Assembly (NCBI RefSeq): GCF_006345805.1
Contig: NC_043008.1
Span: 21,514,001 to 21,578,000, forward strand
Reading direction: 5' to 3'
From: Octopus sinensis
Lineage: Eukaryota
DNA: 64,000 nt
The notes under the pieces were generated by a model. That model did no database searches and was not told the DNA's origin. It saw nothing but the letters and a program-made list of their open reading frames with translations. Positions 1-12,431 of this stretch are shown here, piece by piece. The number at the start of each line of letters is the position of its first letter. The first letter of the stretch is position 1. The translations under genes were made by a program, and so were the position numbers.

Positions 1-570
1 AATGCACACACACACACACACTCGCATACAAATCTCAGACAAACATACATATACACACACGTATGCACATACATATACACGAGACACATCTCTAACTTTA
101 GATAAAGTGAATGTGTGTGTATCTCATACTTCCGGCGTCTTCCTTAGCATTTCCCATCAAATCTCTCCACTGAGAAGTACATTATTCTTGAATTTCTTAT
201 ACAACAATGCTTTTAAGAAACGATTTTTCAAAAGTTCGAGTCTGAATATCAATATCACGTACTTTATCAAACAATCGATAAATCGCCAGCAAAGAAGAAT
301 GTAGAAAGAATGTATCTACTTGTCTACTGTTGCATTAAGTTTAAATTTTGACACATATTCTCAAATCGTACGGAAGTTTGCAGACATTGTAATAAATTCT
401 ACTATATAATTGATAGTCTTTTATCGATCCCTAGCGTTGAATTGTAAATGCTGTACATAAATACGATTCAGGATATACAGTAAAGCATTCGACTTGGAAC
501 TTTATAGATTCTGTTATTGACTGCGTAACTGGAATTAACTAATTGCCAGTTGTTACAAATGAATCTATCT

Positions 571-702
571 AAGGCAGCTAGCTTGCAGGATGGTTAGCGC
601 ATCGGACAAAAGGCTCACTGTTTCTTAACGTTCTGAGTTCAAATTCCACCAAGGTCAGCTTTGTCTTTCATCCTTTCGGAGTCAATAAAATAAGCACCAG
701 TT
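571..702 (+). mobile_element. Degenerate, truncated tRNA-derived SINE (family A)
   Basis: aaggcagctagcttgcagga head, B-box-like GAGTTCAAATTCC and tttgtctttcatcctttcggagtcaataaaataagcaccag match the intact family A copies (e.g. 12772-13004). Confidence 0.75.
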
Positions 703-1296
703 TAGCATTTGTGAGGAATGAGAAGTGGAAGGTGTAATTGGCTAACTCTTTCCCACTGGAGATTTTTTACTCGGGTTAACCTTCCAACTGAATTATTTTA
801 ACTAAAAGCACAATTCGAACCCACGATATTGCGATCGTGAGTCTAACCTCTCTTACGAACTAGTCCACACAATTTCTTATTACTATTATCATTGCATCTA
901 TCCTCATTTGTTACTGATCCGCAATAGCACGGTATATTCATTATGAATCATGTTATGTTTATCACTGATTGATCTATGACTAAACGGGTTGGTTAAACAT
1001 TCTGCTTCGGCCGCTATCGACCAATCTGCTCTCACTGCAAAAACGCAGAGACCGTGCAATATGCTCAGGACAACTTGTAGCCTCCGAATGAAACTTAGTT
1101 TTCTCATACGTTCCGTTATTCATTTAATACTGATTCATTCAACAGTTTCTTTTAATTTTTTGAACTAAGTACCCATGATAAGGAGGAAATATGTAATATT
1201 TCATCTGAGAGACTCTTTAACGACATTGGCAAAACCTGCTCTTACCCTGAAGGAATTAAAAATAGGACATTATATAATATATTCCTAATTTTTTTT

Positions 1297-1717
1297 TACT
1301 TATTTCAGTCATTTTACTGTTGCCATGCTGGAGCACCGCCTTTAGTCGAGCAAATCGACCCCAGGACTTATTCTTTGTAAGCCTAGTACTTATTATATCG
1401 GGCTCTTTTGCCGAACCACTAAGTTACGGGGACGTAAACACCAGCATCGGTTGTCAAGCGATGCTAGGGGGGACGAACACCGACACACAAACACATACAT
1501 ACATACACACACATATACACACACACACGCACACACATATATACATATATATACGACGGGCTTCTTTCAGTTTCCGGCTACCAAATCCACTCACAAGGCT
1601 TTGGTCGGCTCGAGGCTTTAGCAGAAGACACTTGCCCAAGTTGCCACACAGTGGGATTGAACCGAGAACCATGCAGTTGGTAAGCAAGCTACTTACCACA
1701 CAGCCACTCCTACGCCT
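1297..1717 (-). mobile_element. tRNA-derived SINE (family B) with internal (CA/TA)n microsatellite
   Basis: Minus strand begins aggcgtaggagtggctgtgtggtaagtagcttgc, has a B-box-like GGTTCAATCC and ends ggcggtgctccagcatggcaacagtaaaatgactgaaat; matches copies at 35518 and 36355. Confidence 0.9.
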
Positions 1718-1979
1718 AACGATTTTACAATGATCAGTGACCAGAGTGTGAATATTTAAAAGAAATTGAGTTTCCTCAACCTTAGTCAGGCTACGATTCT
1801 ATAACTGGTGTGCAGTTATTAACATATTGAAGTCCGTATGTTAGTGCTGTATACTGATTCTGTAAAAGAGAAGTTTTGAACAAATCAGTTTTGCGTCCAA
1901 TCAAAATATTGTAATAGGTTTTGATAAATGTTATGAAAGAACAATTACAAGTATATGAAAGCATTTATGTATATTCTTA

Positions 1980-2145
1980 TACAAATGTACACAAACATAC
2001 ATACGCACGTACACACGTGCATATGTATGTATATATGTCTGCTTATATGTATGTATGCATGTATGTATGTATGTATGTATGCATGCATGTATGTATGTAT
2101 GTATGTATGTATGTATGTATGTATGTATGTGTGTGTGTATGTGTG

Positions 2146-2176
<31 letters not shown>

Positions 2177-2304
2177 ATGTGTTTGTGAGTGAAATAGAAG
2201 GAGAGAGAGACGGGCAGAGGGAGAGATAGAGAGAGAGAGATACAGAGAAAGACAGAGAGAAACAAAATGGAATTCATGTAACTATTTAAACGATATACAA
2301 GGTG

Positions 2305-2345
<41 letters not shown>
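1980..2345. repeat. Compound microsatellite (TATG)n/(TG)n/(GA)n/(TA)n
   Basis: Directly visible tandem di- and tetranucleotide runs. Confidence 0.95.
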
Positions 2346-2347
<2 letters not shown>

Positions 2348-2536
2348 TTTGAGGGAATATTAATCCTAACTTACAGGGAAAAAATTCAACTTAGAAATAC
2401 TAAATCAAATTTCACACAATATATATATATATATATCAAAATTAGAAAAAAACACCTTTTATCAATTCAAAATGAACAATTTAATTACACCATCTAGAAA
2501 ATTACATATAATAGAAATATTATATGTTCCTGTGTG

Positions 2537-2580
<44 letters not shown>

Positions 2581-2880
2581 TGAATTGAAGAAATGGAGTT
2601 GAACGAAGATTGAACAGAAATCGTTTTATTGCATTCTACACGTGTTTCGAAAGGCACGTGTAGAATGCAATAAAACGATTTCTGTTCAATCTTCGTTCAA
2701 CTCCATTTCTTCAATTCACTAATAATATTAAAATTCAATTACCCGCACCAACGCACGGTTGCAACACCATATGGTTGTACCTCCAACCGTGCCGTCTTCT
2801 GCTGTGATTTTTGCTACCAAGGTATCGGTTAAACTTTTGATTAATCTGCAACAAGATTATTCATCTTTCTATTTCACAAT
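2341..2880. mobile_element. Penelope-like pLTR remnant (same family as 38043-38400 and 44340-44640), interrupted by (TA)n
   Basis: Blocks gaaatggagttgaacga..., gctacc[c/a]aggtatcggt... and ...ttacagg[g/t]aaaa..ttca.. recur at 38.0-38.4 and 44.3-44.6 kb; minus strand ends cgaaac-palindrome-aataaa as in Penelope pLTRs (classification is inference). Confidence 0.55.
2575..2724. repeat. Perfect 70-bp inverted repeat with 10-nt loop
   Basis: 2575-2644 is the exact reverse complement of 2655-2724; loop tttcgaaagg. Confidence 0.97.
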
Positions 2881-2898
2881 ATATATATATATATATAT

Positions 2899-2948
<50 letters not shown>

Positions 2949-3287
2949 GTAATATTTAAATATATATATATATATGCACACACACACATGTGAACATATA
3001 GTTTACAGTTCCGTTATAGGTAGGATCAACAAAAAAAGTATCCCTCAAATGTACTCCATGATGCTTTTAGATAAAATGGCAGATTTTTATAACGTGTCAT
3101 CTATTTCCAAGCTATCGCTCAGTCTAACTTCATAACGTTGGATGTATTTAAAAAACCAGAGTACTGAACTATAAGAAAATATGAGAAAGAAACGAGGAGT
3201 AAGAAATGCGATGGTTGCTTTAAAAGGTGAAACTAGAAGAAGAAAGAAAAGTAAGAAGACCCAGATTTTCCTCCTCTTTGACTGTAG

Positions 3288-3469
3288 AAACCATATTTAA
3301 TGTCGCTGGTAATGAATAATATAATAGAAAGTGGGGCCAAAGTCTTTGAGGTAGCTCCTCAAACCGGAAGGAGTGGTGTCCTCCAGTTCGACGAAAGAAA
3401 CCTGTTCGTGTGGTTCCATTTGCAAACAATTTCGTATCTGGAATTAAGTGGTGTGGCTGATATAAAACT
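3288..3469 (+). CDS. Candidate internal exon, unknown product (KPYLMSLVMNNIIESGAKVFEVAPQTGRSGVLQFDERNLFVWFHLQTISYLELSGVADIK)
   Basis: Polypyrimidine acceptor ttttcctcctctttgactgtag, one open frame, donor CT|gtatgt; non-repetitive island between microsatellites; no family recognised. Confidence 0.2.
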
Positions 3470-3497
3470 GTATGTACTTTTGAATGCGTGTGCGAGC

Positions 3498-3535
<38 letters not shown>

Positions 3536-4110
3536 ATTACATACATAAATACATAGATATTACATACATAGATATTTCATACATAGATACAACAACAGTC
3601 GCGTACGCAGACGCCGATATATATATCGACGTTAATTGGTCACTAATCCAAAGAAAGCTTATACGAAACACAACGACCAATGACTTGTATAACTCCAGTA
3701 ACACAAACAGCTTAATCTACTGCACGTATTTATAGTCCCATATAACCAAATAGACATAAATGACAGAACTGCATCAAAGCACACACACACACACACACAC
3801 ATACGATACAAATATTAAGGCATCCCAACACATATACACACAAGACATTCCCAAGGGACTGGACTGCCGCCATTAACTTCCTGTGTACGTGTGCTAACAT
3901 CAGATCTATGATAATAAAAACCTGTAAGAATTACAAAGAAACAGAGTAGAATACACACATGTTCTTGCATATGGTAAACGGTATAATTACGTGTAGTGTT
4001 AGAGTTAATCCAGAATCGAGCGGGTCTTGGCCATGTTGGGTCAGGACCTGCATGCTATATGTATGTATGTGTGCATATATGTATGTGTGTGTATGTATAT
4101 CATCTGTTCG

Positions 4111-4194
<84 letters not shown>

Positions 4195-4195
4195 C

Positions 4196-4246
<51 letters not shown>

Positions 4247-4255
4247 CCTATCTAC

Positions 4256-4325
<70 letters not shown>
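4111..4325. repeat. (TCTA)n microsatellite
   Basis: About 50 near-perfect TCTA units. Confidence 0.97.
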
Positions 4326-4326
<1 letters not shown>

Positions 4327-4479
4327 ACTGTCTGTCTTTGTGCCTATCTATCCATCTACCTTATGGCTACAGTACGATAGTATCTGTTATTTTCAACATA
4401 TAATAGTTTCCTGGAGAAATTATTATTATTAATATCATCATCATCATCATCATCATCACCACCACCACCACCATCATCG

Positions 4480-4528
<49 letters not shown>

Positions 4529-4791
4529 TGTTATTATTATTGAACGAGAGAGCAATGCATACCATCAAAATGACAGTGGAGTGCTAATATACGAAGCCGG
4601 GCATGACCTTGCAGGTGGAGCGCAATTAGAATTCTCTTCTGCATGAGCAGCCCATCCTACTAAAACTATCAATGAATAAGGGTTGTTTAAGGATGTTGAA
4701 TGAAACACCCATGTTTCCAAACCCCAAAGAGATGCACATATCATCAGCCACTGGTTAATGTCAAAGGCCATCTTTTATACAAATACAAAAC

Positions 4792-4794
<3 letters not shown>

Positions 4795-4876
<82 letters not shown>
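4795..4876. repeat. (TTA)n microsatellite abutting the 3' end of an R4/Dong element
   Basis: Pure TTA run directly adjoining the element's 3' UTR. Confidence 0.95.
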
Positions 4877-4878
<2 letters not shown>

Positions 4879-6640
4879 TATACACACAACAAATTAGACT
4901 GTTGGAAAAGAAAAAATCCTAACATCGGCCTACAGCAAGTAACTTTAGATGCCAAGAACCCACCTAAGTATCCTAGCTATCCTTAATAACACTGTTTTCT
5001 GGAGCTGTACTAAATTGGGCTTTATGCCTATTTCCCCCTATCCATCTGCTCAAATCTTTAGCTATAGTTCCCAATGCACCTATAACTGCTAGGATACATT
5101 TTACTCGCACCTTCCATAGTCTCTGTAATTCATTGGCTAGATCCTGGTACTTTGTTATTTTTTCTATACCTCTCATATTGATTTTCTCATCATTCGGGAT
5201 TGTAATGTCAATTATCTGGTACTTTCTATTCTCTTTATCTATTACTACTAAATCAGCCTCCAGCTTCTATTACTCTGTCAGTCTGAATGTTAAAGTCTCC
5301 CTCAACATCTTATATTTCTTACTTTCTAGTAGTTTATTAGATTTATGATCATACCTTTCATCCGTATGTTTAAATCCTAGCTTTCGATATAACTCCCAGT
5401 GGATCATTCTCCCTTGGTTGTCATGTATTCTTTATGTATTCTTGTATTCATGTATTCTTGTATTCTTTCTGTGCTAGCAAACTACATTCACTTACTCTAT
5501 GTGTAACGCTTTCCTCTTTTGATTTGCATAATCTACATTGGGAATCTGCTTGGCTTTTATCAATCTTGGCTTTGGTCTTGTGATGCTGTTAACAAGCTTT
5601 CTGTCTCTCTTTTCTGCCTTCCTTTCTGCAGCCATAACTATGTCTCACTACTACTATTTTCTGTAACTACTTTTGGGAATCTACCATGAAAGCCTGTCAG
5701 ATAACTTCTGTTTTTTTCTGGTTTTTAACATCGTTTGAGTTTTGGGTTTACCCATGTCTTGCTTTGACTCTAGCAGCTCTTAATAGACTTTCTTTTACTC
5801 TAGCTAGCTCCACGCAGTCTTCTACTGATATTAACTCTCTTCCACCTTCCTTTCTAGGTAAGTATAATCTTGCTACTCCTGTCCTTGGCTGGAGTCCTCC
5901 ATTCATATTGAATTCCTTTCTAGCTTTGCAAATTCAGTTTTTTTCAGTCTACAAAAGCTGCTGAGTATCTAAGTAATGATATTGCCCAAGTATTTACAGC
6001 CTTCACTAGATTCGGACCATTTAGCTTTGACTTCTTTAGCTTCCTTACCCTTCTGATGTACTCCTCAATTTTCGTTTTCATTTCTATAGTTAGATTCTAA
6101 TACTCTTAGATACTTATAACTCTCACCACCTTTGAATCATTTTAATACCTCACCATTTGGTAATTGGATGCCGTCATTGTTGACCATCTGTCTCCATCTC
6201 ATGACTAATATTGCACACTTATCTTTGCCAAATTCCATGCCTATATCTTTGCTGAAGAGTCTTGCTGTCTGTATTAAGAAATCTTTCATTGCTTCATTCT
6301 TACTAAAAAGCAAATGGTTAATTTTTTCCCTTACTATATCTGAACTGATATCCTGCCTTTGCCTACCTAGATAATAAACCGAAGGGGATAAAAAATAAGA
6401 CAAATATTAAAGGGGATAACGAGACCCCTTAGAAAATTCCTCTCTTGATATTAACTTTCCTTAAGATTGTGTCACCTGAGTAAAGATCTACTTTCCAATT
6501 CTTCCTGCTAAATCTAATGTGGGATCATTATAATCTAGCTTTTACCACATTTAGAACTGCTTTGTCTGTATATAATAGATAATACGTTCCTCTAGCCTTC
6601 TTCTTGCAACCTTTCTGTTCTTCTGGCGGTATATCAAAAT
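4877..6640 (-). mobile_element. 5'-truncated, decayed R4/Dong-type RLE non-LTR retrotransposon (RT 3' half, CCHC finger, restriction-like endonuclease)
   Basis: Minus-strand peptides PEEQKGCK, HLLF..., FSKDIGMEFGKDKCA, YKYL, CRLC...ES..H...EC, EKITKYQDLANELQRLWKV...VIGALGTI and terminal ARILRWVLGI*; many frameshifts and stops. Confidence 0.9.
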
Positions 6641-6644
6641 TATC

Positions 6645-6661
6645 ATTGTTGTTATTATTAC

Positions 6662-6734
<73 letters not shown>

Positions 6735-6789
6735 GTTGTTGTTGTTGTTGTTGTTGTTGTTATTATTATTATCATCATCATCATCATTA

Positions 6790-6850
<61 letters not shown>

Positions 6851-6858
6851 TATTATTA

Positions 6859-6889
<31 letters not shown>

Positions 6890-6908
6890 CATTATTATTA
6901 TTTTATTA

Positions 6909-6939
<31 letters not shown>

Positions 6940-7069
6940 GTTGTTGTTGTTGTTGTTTTTGTTATTATTATTATTATTATCATCATCATTATCCTCATCA
7001 TCATCATTATTGTTATCATTATTATTATTATTATTATTATATTATTATTATTATTATTATTACTATTAC

Positions 7070-7104
<35 letters not shown>

Positions 7105-7140
7105 ATTATTATTATATTATATTATTATTGTTGCGGTTAT
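6645..7140. repeat. ~500-bp compound (TTA)n/(TTG)n/(ATC)n microsatellite
   Basis: Directly visible; flanks the truncated 5' end of the R4/Dong element. Confidence 0.97.
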
Positions 7141-8190
7141 TGCTAATTCTTTTTTTTAAGTGTATAAAAATCTGAATGGTCCTACGCATACAAGACCCAG
7201 GAGTTGCAACGGAACCTGATTTAAAATGATAATAAAATTAATAATCTTTATATTCAAAAAGACATTGGGTGAGGGAAAGATGGGTACTAAATAGTTTGAT
7301 AGGGAGACCAATATATATATATATATGTGTGTATGTATGTTTGCATACATGTATATATATTATAAATATATAATATATATAATATATATATATGTATGTA
7401 TATGTATGTATGTATACATATGTGTGTGGGGGGACATATATAAGCAATGACGTTGCTGGTTAATCTATTTACAATATATAATGTGAAAGATTAAGTCATC
7501 TCTGTCATCCGTATTGCCCTTAATACATAAATTACTAAATTATCATAAATTATCTCCTATATATTCCTCCTGACATATATTTTATTGATTATTCATACCG
7601 CAGCGTATTTTCACCAAACAATATTTAATTCATGCAAATATCTTCTCATCCTTAATTTTCTTTGTTTTGTAATATTCTTTCGCTGATCAAATATACATAT
7701 TAACAATATTCTGTAGACGATCTTCCATCTCTGTCTTGCCAAAGAATACCAGCAGAAATGTTTGAACTAATCTATGTGTAAGCTTGTTACTAGTAAATAA
7801 AATCGTTATCATTTTCATTTCTGTCATTAGTGTTGAATGATAATACTCTCTTGATAATACAGAAATAAAGCTGTCTTATAATCTGAAAGTTGTTTGGTGT
7901 TTCGACTCTCCAACTATTGATATAGCTGTTTCTGTAGAATCTCTGGTTCCCTAGTTTTATCAGTAACGATAGAAGAGACTATTGGTTCCTTCTCTTGCAA
8001 GATCTACTTTTTAACTGCTTGCTTTTGCTTTTTGTATAAGTAATTTCTACAGACATAGGAACTGGTTTAACTAATTATCTTCCACAAGGACGTTTCAAAA
8101 CCCAATATCAGCAATCACAAAATTCTTCATTTAATTTTGGAAAGATCTTTTAGCAGAGATAAACACAATCAAATACTCTCTCTCTCTCTT

Positions 8191-8225
<35 letters not shown>

Positions 8226-8394
8226 TCCTGTCTCTCTCTCTCTCTTTCTCTCTCTCTCTTCCTGTCTCCTCCTCCCCATCAGCCGTAGCGTCAACTGAAG
8301 TATTTGCTGGTAATTTTGTGATGAAATATGTTCGACCAATGAAAGGAGAAAGAACTATGCCAGGATTTGCGAAGTGCTTTGACAAAGTTTGGAA

Positions 8395-8460
8395 ATGGAT
8401 GTATGGATGTGTGGTTATGAAGCTTGCTTTTTAGGCACGTGGTTTCCGGTTCAGACCCAT
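8395..8460 (+). mobile_element. Isolated family B SINE head fragment
   Basis: gatgtgtggttatgaagcttgct...cacgtggtttccggttcagaccca resembles gctgtgtggtaagaagcttgct...cacatggttccgggttcagtccca. Confidence 0.55.
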
Positions 8461-9018
8461 GGCTTCTTCGTTCTATCTATTTTCAAAACAACATGGCCTA
8501 GGTACATTCAGCTCATCAGTCTTCCATGTCATCATCCATTCCTATCACGCTACATATCTCTGCACTAACTGCTGCTCTTAATCCTTCATGTCCAATACAT
8601 CAACTTTATGAAATTCCTCTCCCTTCTCCATACACGCATAAATATCCTCCATACATCATTTGCAGATATGTAAACGGATGATCAATAGTTCCTTCTCAAC
8701 AGTGCAATTAATTCTTCATCATGTCATAAAGAAACAAATCTACGTCATATCAGCATAACTGGAAGTCTATAAATACAGTTTTATGATATTTAGAGTGACA
8801 AACGAAGTTTATAACCGTTCAAACCTGGATGACGAGCGGAACCAATCAATAGAAGTTGACATTGGTTTAACAAAATGTAAATTAAGCATGTCTTGAATCT
8901 GATCAGGCTCGCATCATTTACCGATACTCCCAACTACGATGTTTCATCACAAAATTTGCCTAAGTTCTCCAAGTTTGACTTGTATAGAGAAGTGCATTTA
9001 AAATAGAAACCCTATATA

Positions 9019-9251
9019 TATTTCTTTACTACCCACAAGGGGCTAAACACAGAGGGGACAAACAAGGACAGACAAAGGGATTTAGTTGATTACATCGACC
9101 TCAGTGCGTAACTGGTACTTAATTTATTGACCCCGAAAGGATGAAAGGCAAAGTCGACCTCGGCGGAATTTGAACTCAGAACGTAACGACAGACGAAATA
9201 CGGCTACGCATTTCGCCCGGCGTGCTAACGTTTCTGCCAGCTCACCGCCTT
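9019..9251 (-). mobile_element. Full-length family A SINE with 16-bp TSD
   Basis: Complete head-to-tail match; atagaaaccctatata at 9003-9018 and 9252-9267. Confidence 0.95.
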
Positions 9252-9422
9252 ATAGAAACCCTATATAATTTATAGAAACCCTTATAGAAAGCCTTATAGA
9301 AACCCTATATAATTTAATTTTAACACCAATGTTTACAGCTTGTTTTTGTGGACACTTTTAGCTAGTTTCCTCAGCATTAAAGAAGATTTATTTAATGAAA
9401 TGATTTCTTTATCTAAGATTAA

Positions 9423-9726
9423 GTGAAGACGCATGGCTCAGTGGTTAGAGCGTCGAGTTTACGATCGTGAGGTTGTGAGTTCGAATCCCGGACCAGGTTG
9501 CGTGTTGTGTTCTTGAGCAAGACACTTTATTTCACGTTGTTCCAGTTCACTCAGCTGCGACGTCACAGGTGCCTTTCTCTTGGATAACACTGGTGGCGTG
9601 GAGAGGGGAGGCTGGTATACAAGGGCGACTACTGGTCTTCTATAAACAACCTTGCCCGGACTTGTGCTTGGGAGGGTAACTTTCTAGGTGCAATCCCATA
9701 GTTAGTCATGACCGAAGGGGGTCTCA

Positions 9727-9765
<39 letters not shown>

Positions 9766-9800
9766 TGCAATCCCGCGGTCAGTCATGACCGAAGGGGGTC
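9423..9800 (+). mobile_element. tRNA-derived SINE (head Y + tail R) with duplicated 39-bp 3' end
   Basis: A-box TGGCTCAGTGG, B-box GTTCGAATCC, gtgttcttgagcaagacactttatttcacg central block; terminal taggtgcaatcc...gaagggggtc present twice. Confidence 0.88.
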
Positions 9801-10583
9801 TTAATCAATATCTAAGAATAAATTATGCGTGACATTAACCTCGAGCTATTTAAATACGTAGGCAACTTCCAAATGATTACCCAATGTTAGCTCTACTCCA
9901 GTGTTGGCTATTTATTTGTATATTAGTATTGTTTCAGACCTTATTCGGTAGCTTTTAAGTAATCTGAAGGAGATTACACGTCGATTTCAGCGTGAATAAT
10001 ACACTCGCTATCATGGGAATCCATAAAGTCTATTAGAATATTTAACTCGGTTTATATTTGGACTTCAATCTATTCGGATTAAAGACGATTACTATGAGGT
10101 CTTGTGATCTTTTATGAATTATATATGCATAAACGTTGATGCAAGAACGCCATCCGAATTCAGATATTCTATTTTAAAAGTACATAAGATACAGAGTCCT
10201 CACAATTAGAAAGAGCAAGTATGAAAGGGTAAAACGAGCTTAAACCTTTAAAAAATCGGTCTGCACAAAAAAATGCAATTGAGCACACGAAACGCTATAG
10301 AACCACAAAAACGTATGTGTAAAATCCATGATGAAATCATGGATTTTACTACTCACACTTGTGCTTTTCTTTGCATTATGTTAGAAGAGTTCTGACGGAG
10401 CTAATCATACCAATTTTGGCTCACCAGAGTTTATTTATGTAAAGCCAGGAAAGATTCTGGAGAAAAACGTTAATTCTCTAAACTCTCAAGTTGTTACAAA
10501 CGCTATGACTGACTTACAATATTCGTTATAAGATAAACATAATCTGCAGATTATAACAGCTAGTCGTTCTACAGTAATTGTTG

Positions 10584-12431
10584 TACGAGGTTTATTCCAG
10601 AAGTTTTAAGATATTTTAGGAGAGGTAGTTATAACTATGCTCGATTATTGTAATTTTAGTATATCATTAGAATACTTCTGATAAGCTGCCAGCATTTTTT
10701 AAAAATTCCAGATTGAAGAAGACGTTTGTAACAAAACTTTGATGATCATATCCGACTAAACACTGCTTCTCACAGCTTACTAACTTGCAGAATATAATCC
10801 CCACGTGAAGAGTAATTGGAAGCCCACTATGCGATAAAGTGTTGTGCTAAGCTGGGCTAAAATACTACAGAATCTTATGAAATGCTCCATAGTATTTGTA
10901 CGATCCAAACAACTGTTTTCGCTGGCGCAATAGAGGCAAAGGCAGTAGAGAGATGTCCCTTTCATCCCACAATAAGCAGTTTGCGAGGGAAAGTTACGTC
11001 AGAACATCAGATCTCGTTGAAAAGATTCGCAATTTTCTGAATGAAGGCCGTTATATGATTATAAAGACGGTAAAAATAGTTTAGAGTTAGTGTGTTAATT
11101 CCACACAAAATTATCCATGAAAAGCTGAGCATGCACAAAATTTATGCAACGTTTGTTTCCATGGTGCTCAGTGACAAACTGAAGAAAGACTCGTTGGTGA
11201 CAGCACAGGGATGGCTGAGTGTATTGAATTTCAAGTAACATGTGTCGAAAGCAGGTCCAGAGACGAAAAGACAGCGTGCCTAGTGGAAGAATCTTGGCTC
11301 CCCCAGGTCTAAGGTCAAGCAAAGCAAGTCCACCGGGAGACACATGAAGATCTTCTTTTACAACGACAAGAGCATCATCAACATCCACTGGGTTCTCTCT
11401 GGCCAGGTGATCAACAAAGAATACGTTGTGAAGGTTTTGAAGGAGTTCAGGAAGGGATTTCATCGCAAAAGGCCACAGATCCTTCACTCGAATCGGTGGC
11501 ACCTGTACCATGACAATGCACATAACCACAATTCCATCCTGGTAACTAATTAATGACTAATTAACAGAGATAGACATCAAAACTGTCTCGCAGTCTCCAA
11601 GCAGTCCATGCCTTGCTTCCTATGATTTTTGGTTGCTCCCCAAACTGAAAGAGGCCCCAAGGTCAGTTGTTCTGAAGCCACTGAAAAAATGAAGGAAGAG
11701 GTGACAAGGGTCCTAGGTACCTTCACATTGGAGGAAGACAATTGGAGGAAGTGTCTGAAGTGCTACAATAAGTGCACTACATTAAGTATAAATATTGGGT
11801 TGTCCGGAAAGTTCGTGCCGATTTTTAAAGAAAAAAAGGTTAATAAATACTTACCATTACATTTTTAATCAACCAAATATGAACCATTTTGCTGCACAAT
11901 GCGTCTCCATCTTCCCTTTAACTTGAAAATACCATCTTCCCAGAATTGAGGTGGTTTCACGGCAAAGAATTCATCAAGGTATCTTTTTACGCCATCCAAG
12001 GAATTGAAATTTTTACCATTAAGATTATTCTGCAGAGACCTAAATAAGTGGAAATCCGAAGGAGCAATATATCTGGTGAATATGGAGGGTAACACATCGC
12101 AGCCGAGCTGCAGCAATTTTTGTCTGATTCCCAAAGCATCAAGTGCTGAAAATGAAGTGTCTTATCTTCCATTTTAAAGGGTTACAGAATTAACACAGGT
12201 TATAGGAACATAAATTCTTCCACGAAAAGATAGCTTAAACTGTGCTTTAAATTGAGGTGTAGTCAAATCCTATTTCATGGCCTCAACCATGTTATAAAAT
12301 AAGTCTAATGTTAAGCTACTATAAATCGGCACGAATTTTCCTGACAACCCAATATTTGAAGGAGATTTGTGTTTTGTACTTTCCTGAAATTAGTAAATGT
12401 CTCTTCTCGGGAACTCTCAAAGCTTCTTGTA
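10584..12431 (+). mobile_element. Decayed mariner (DD34D) transposon A, interrupted near its C-terminus by mariner B
   Basis: TA+CGAGG.. left end; remnants HKIYATFVSMVLSD (cf. RKVCAKFVPRVL), RKRPQ...WHLYHDNAHNH, SPCLASYDFWLLPKLK (cf. YSPDLAPCDFWLFPKLK); resumes after B as FEGD; right TIR poorly preserved so end is approximate. Confidence 0.85.
11795..12352 (-). mobile_element. Internally deleted mariner B (558 bp) with intact TIRs and TA TSD
   Basis: TIRs ttgggttgtccggaaagttcgtgccgattt vs ttgggttgtcaggaaaattcgtgccgattt (2 mismatches), TA on both sides; MEDKTLHFQHLMLWE fused directly to ...IAPSDFHLFRSLQN...KGRWRRIVQQNGSYLVD*. Confidence 0.95.

Noticed and set aside
904-1107. 67-aa minus-strand ORF with a signal-peptide-like start (MRKLSFIRRLQVVLSILHGLCVFAVRA)
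   Set aside because: Short, no recognisable family or splice context, and the antisense frame is similarly open; compatible with chance.
4545-4790. Complex 250-bp stretch between microsatellites that may be a dispersed repeat
   Set aside because: No second copy, termini or ORF in this window to support a call.
8470-8730. Possible very old LINE fragment on the minus strand
   Set aside because: Too decayed; no diagnostic motif could be read with confidence.
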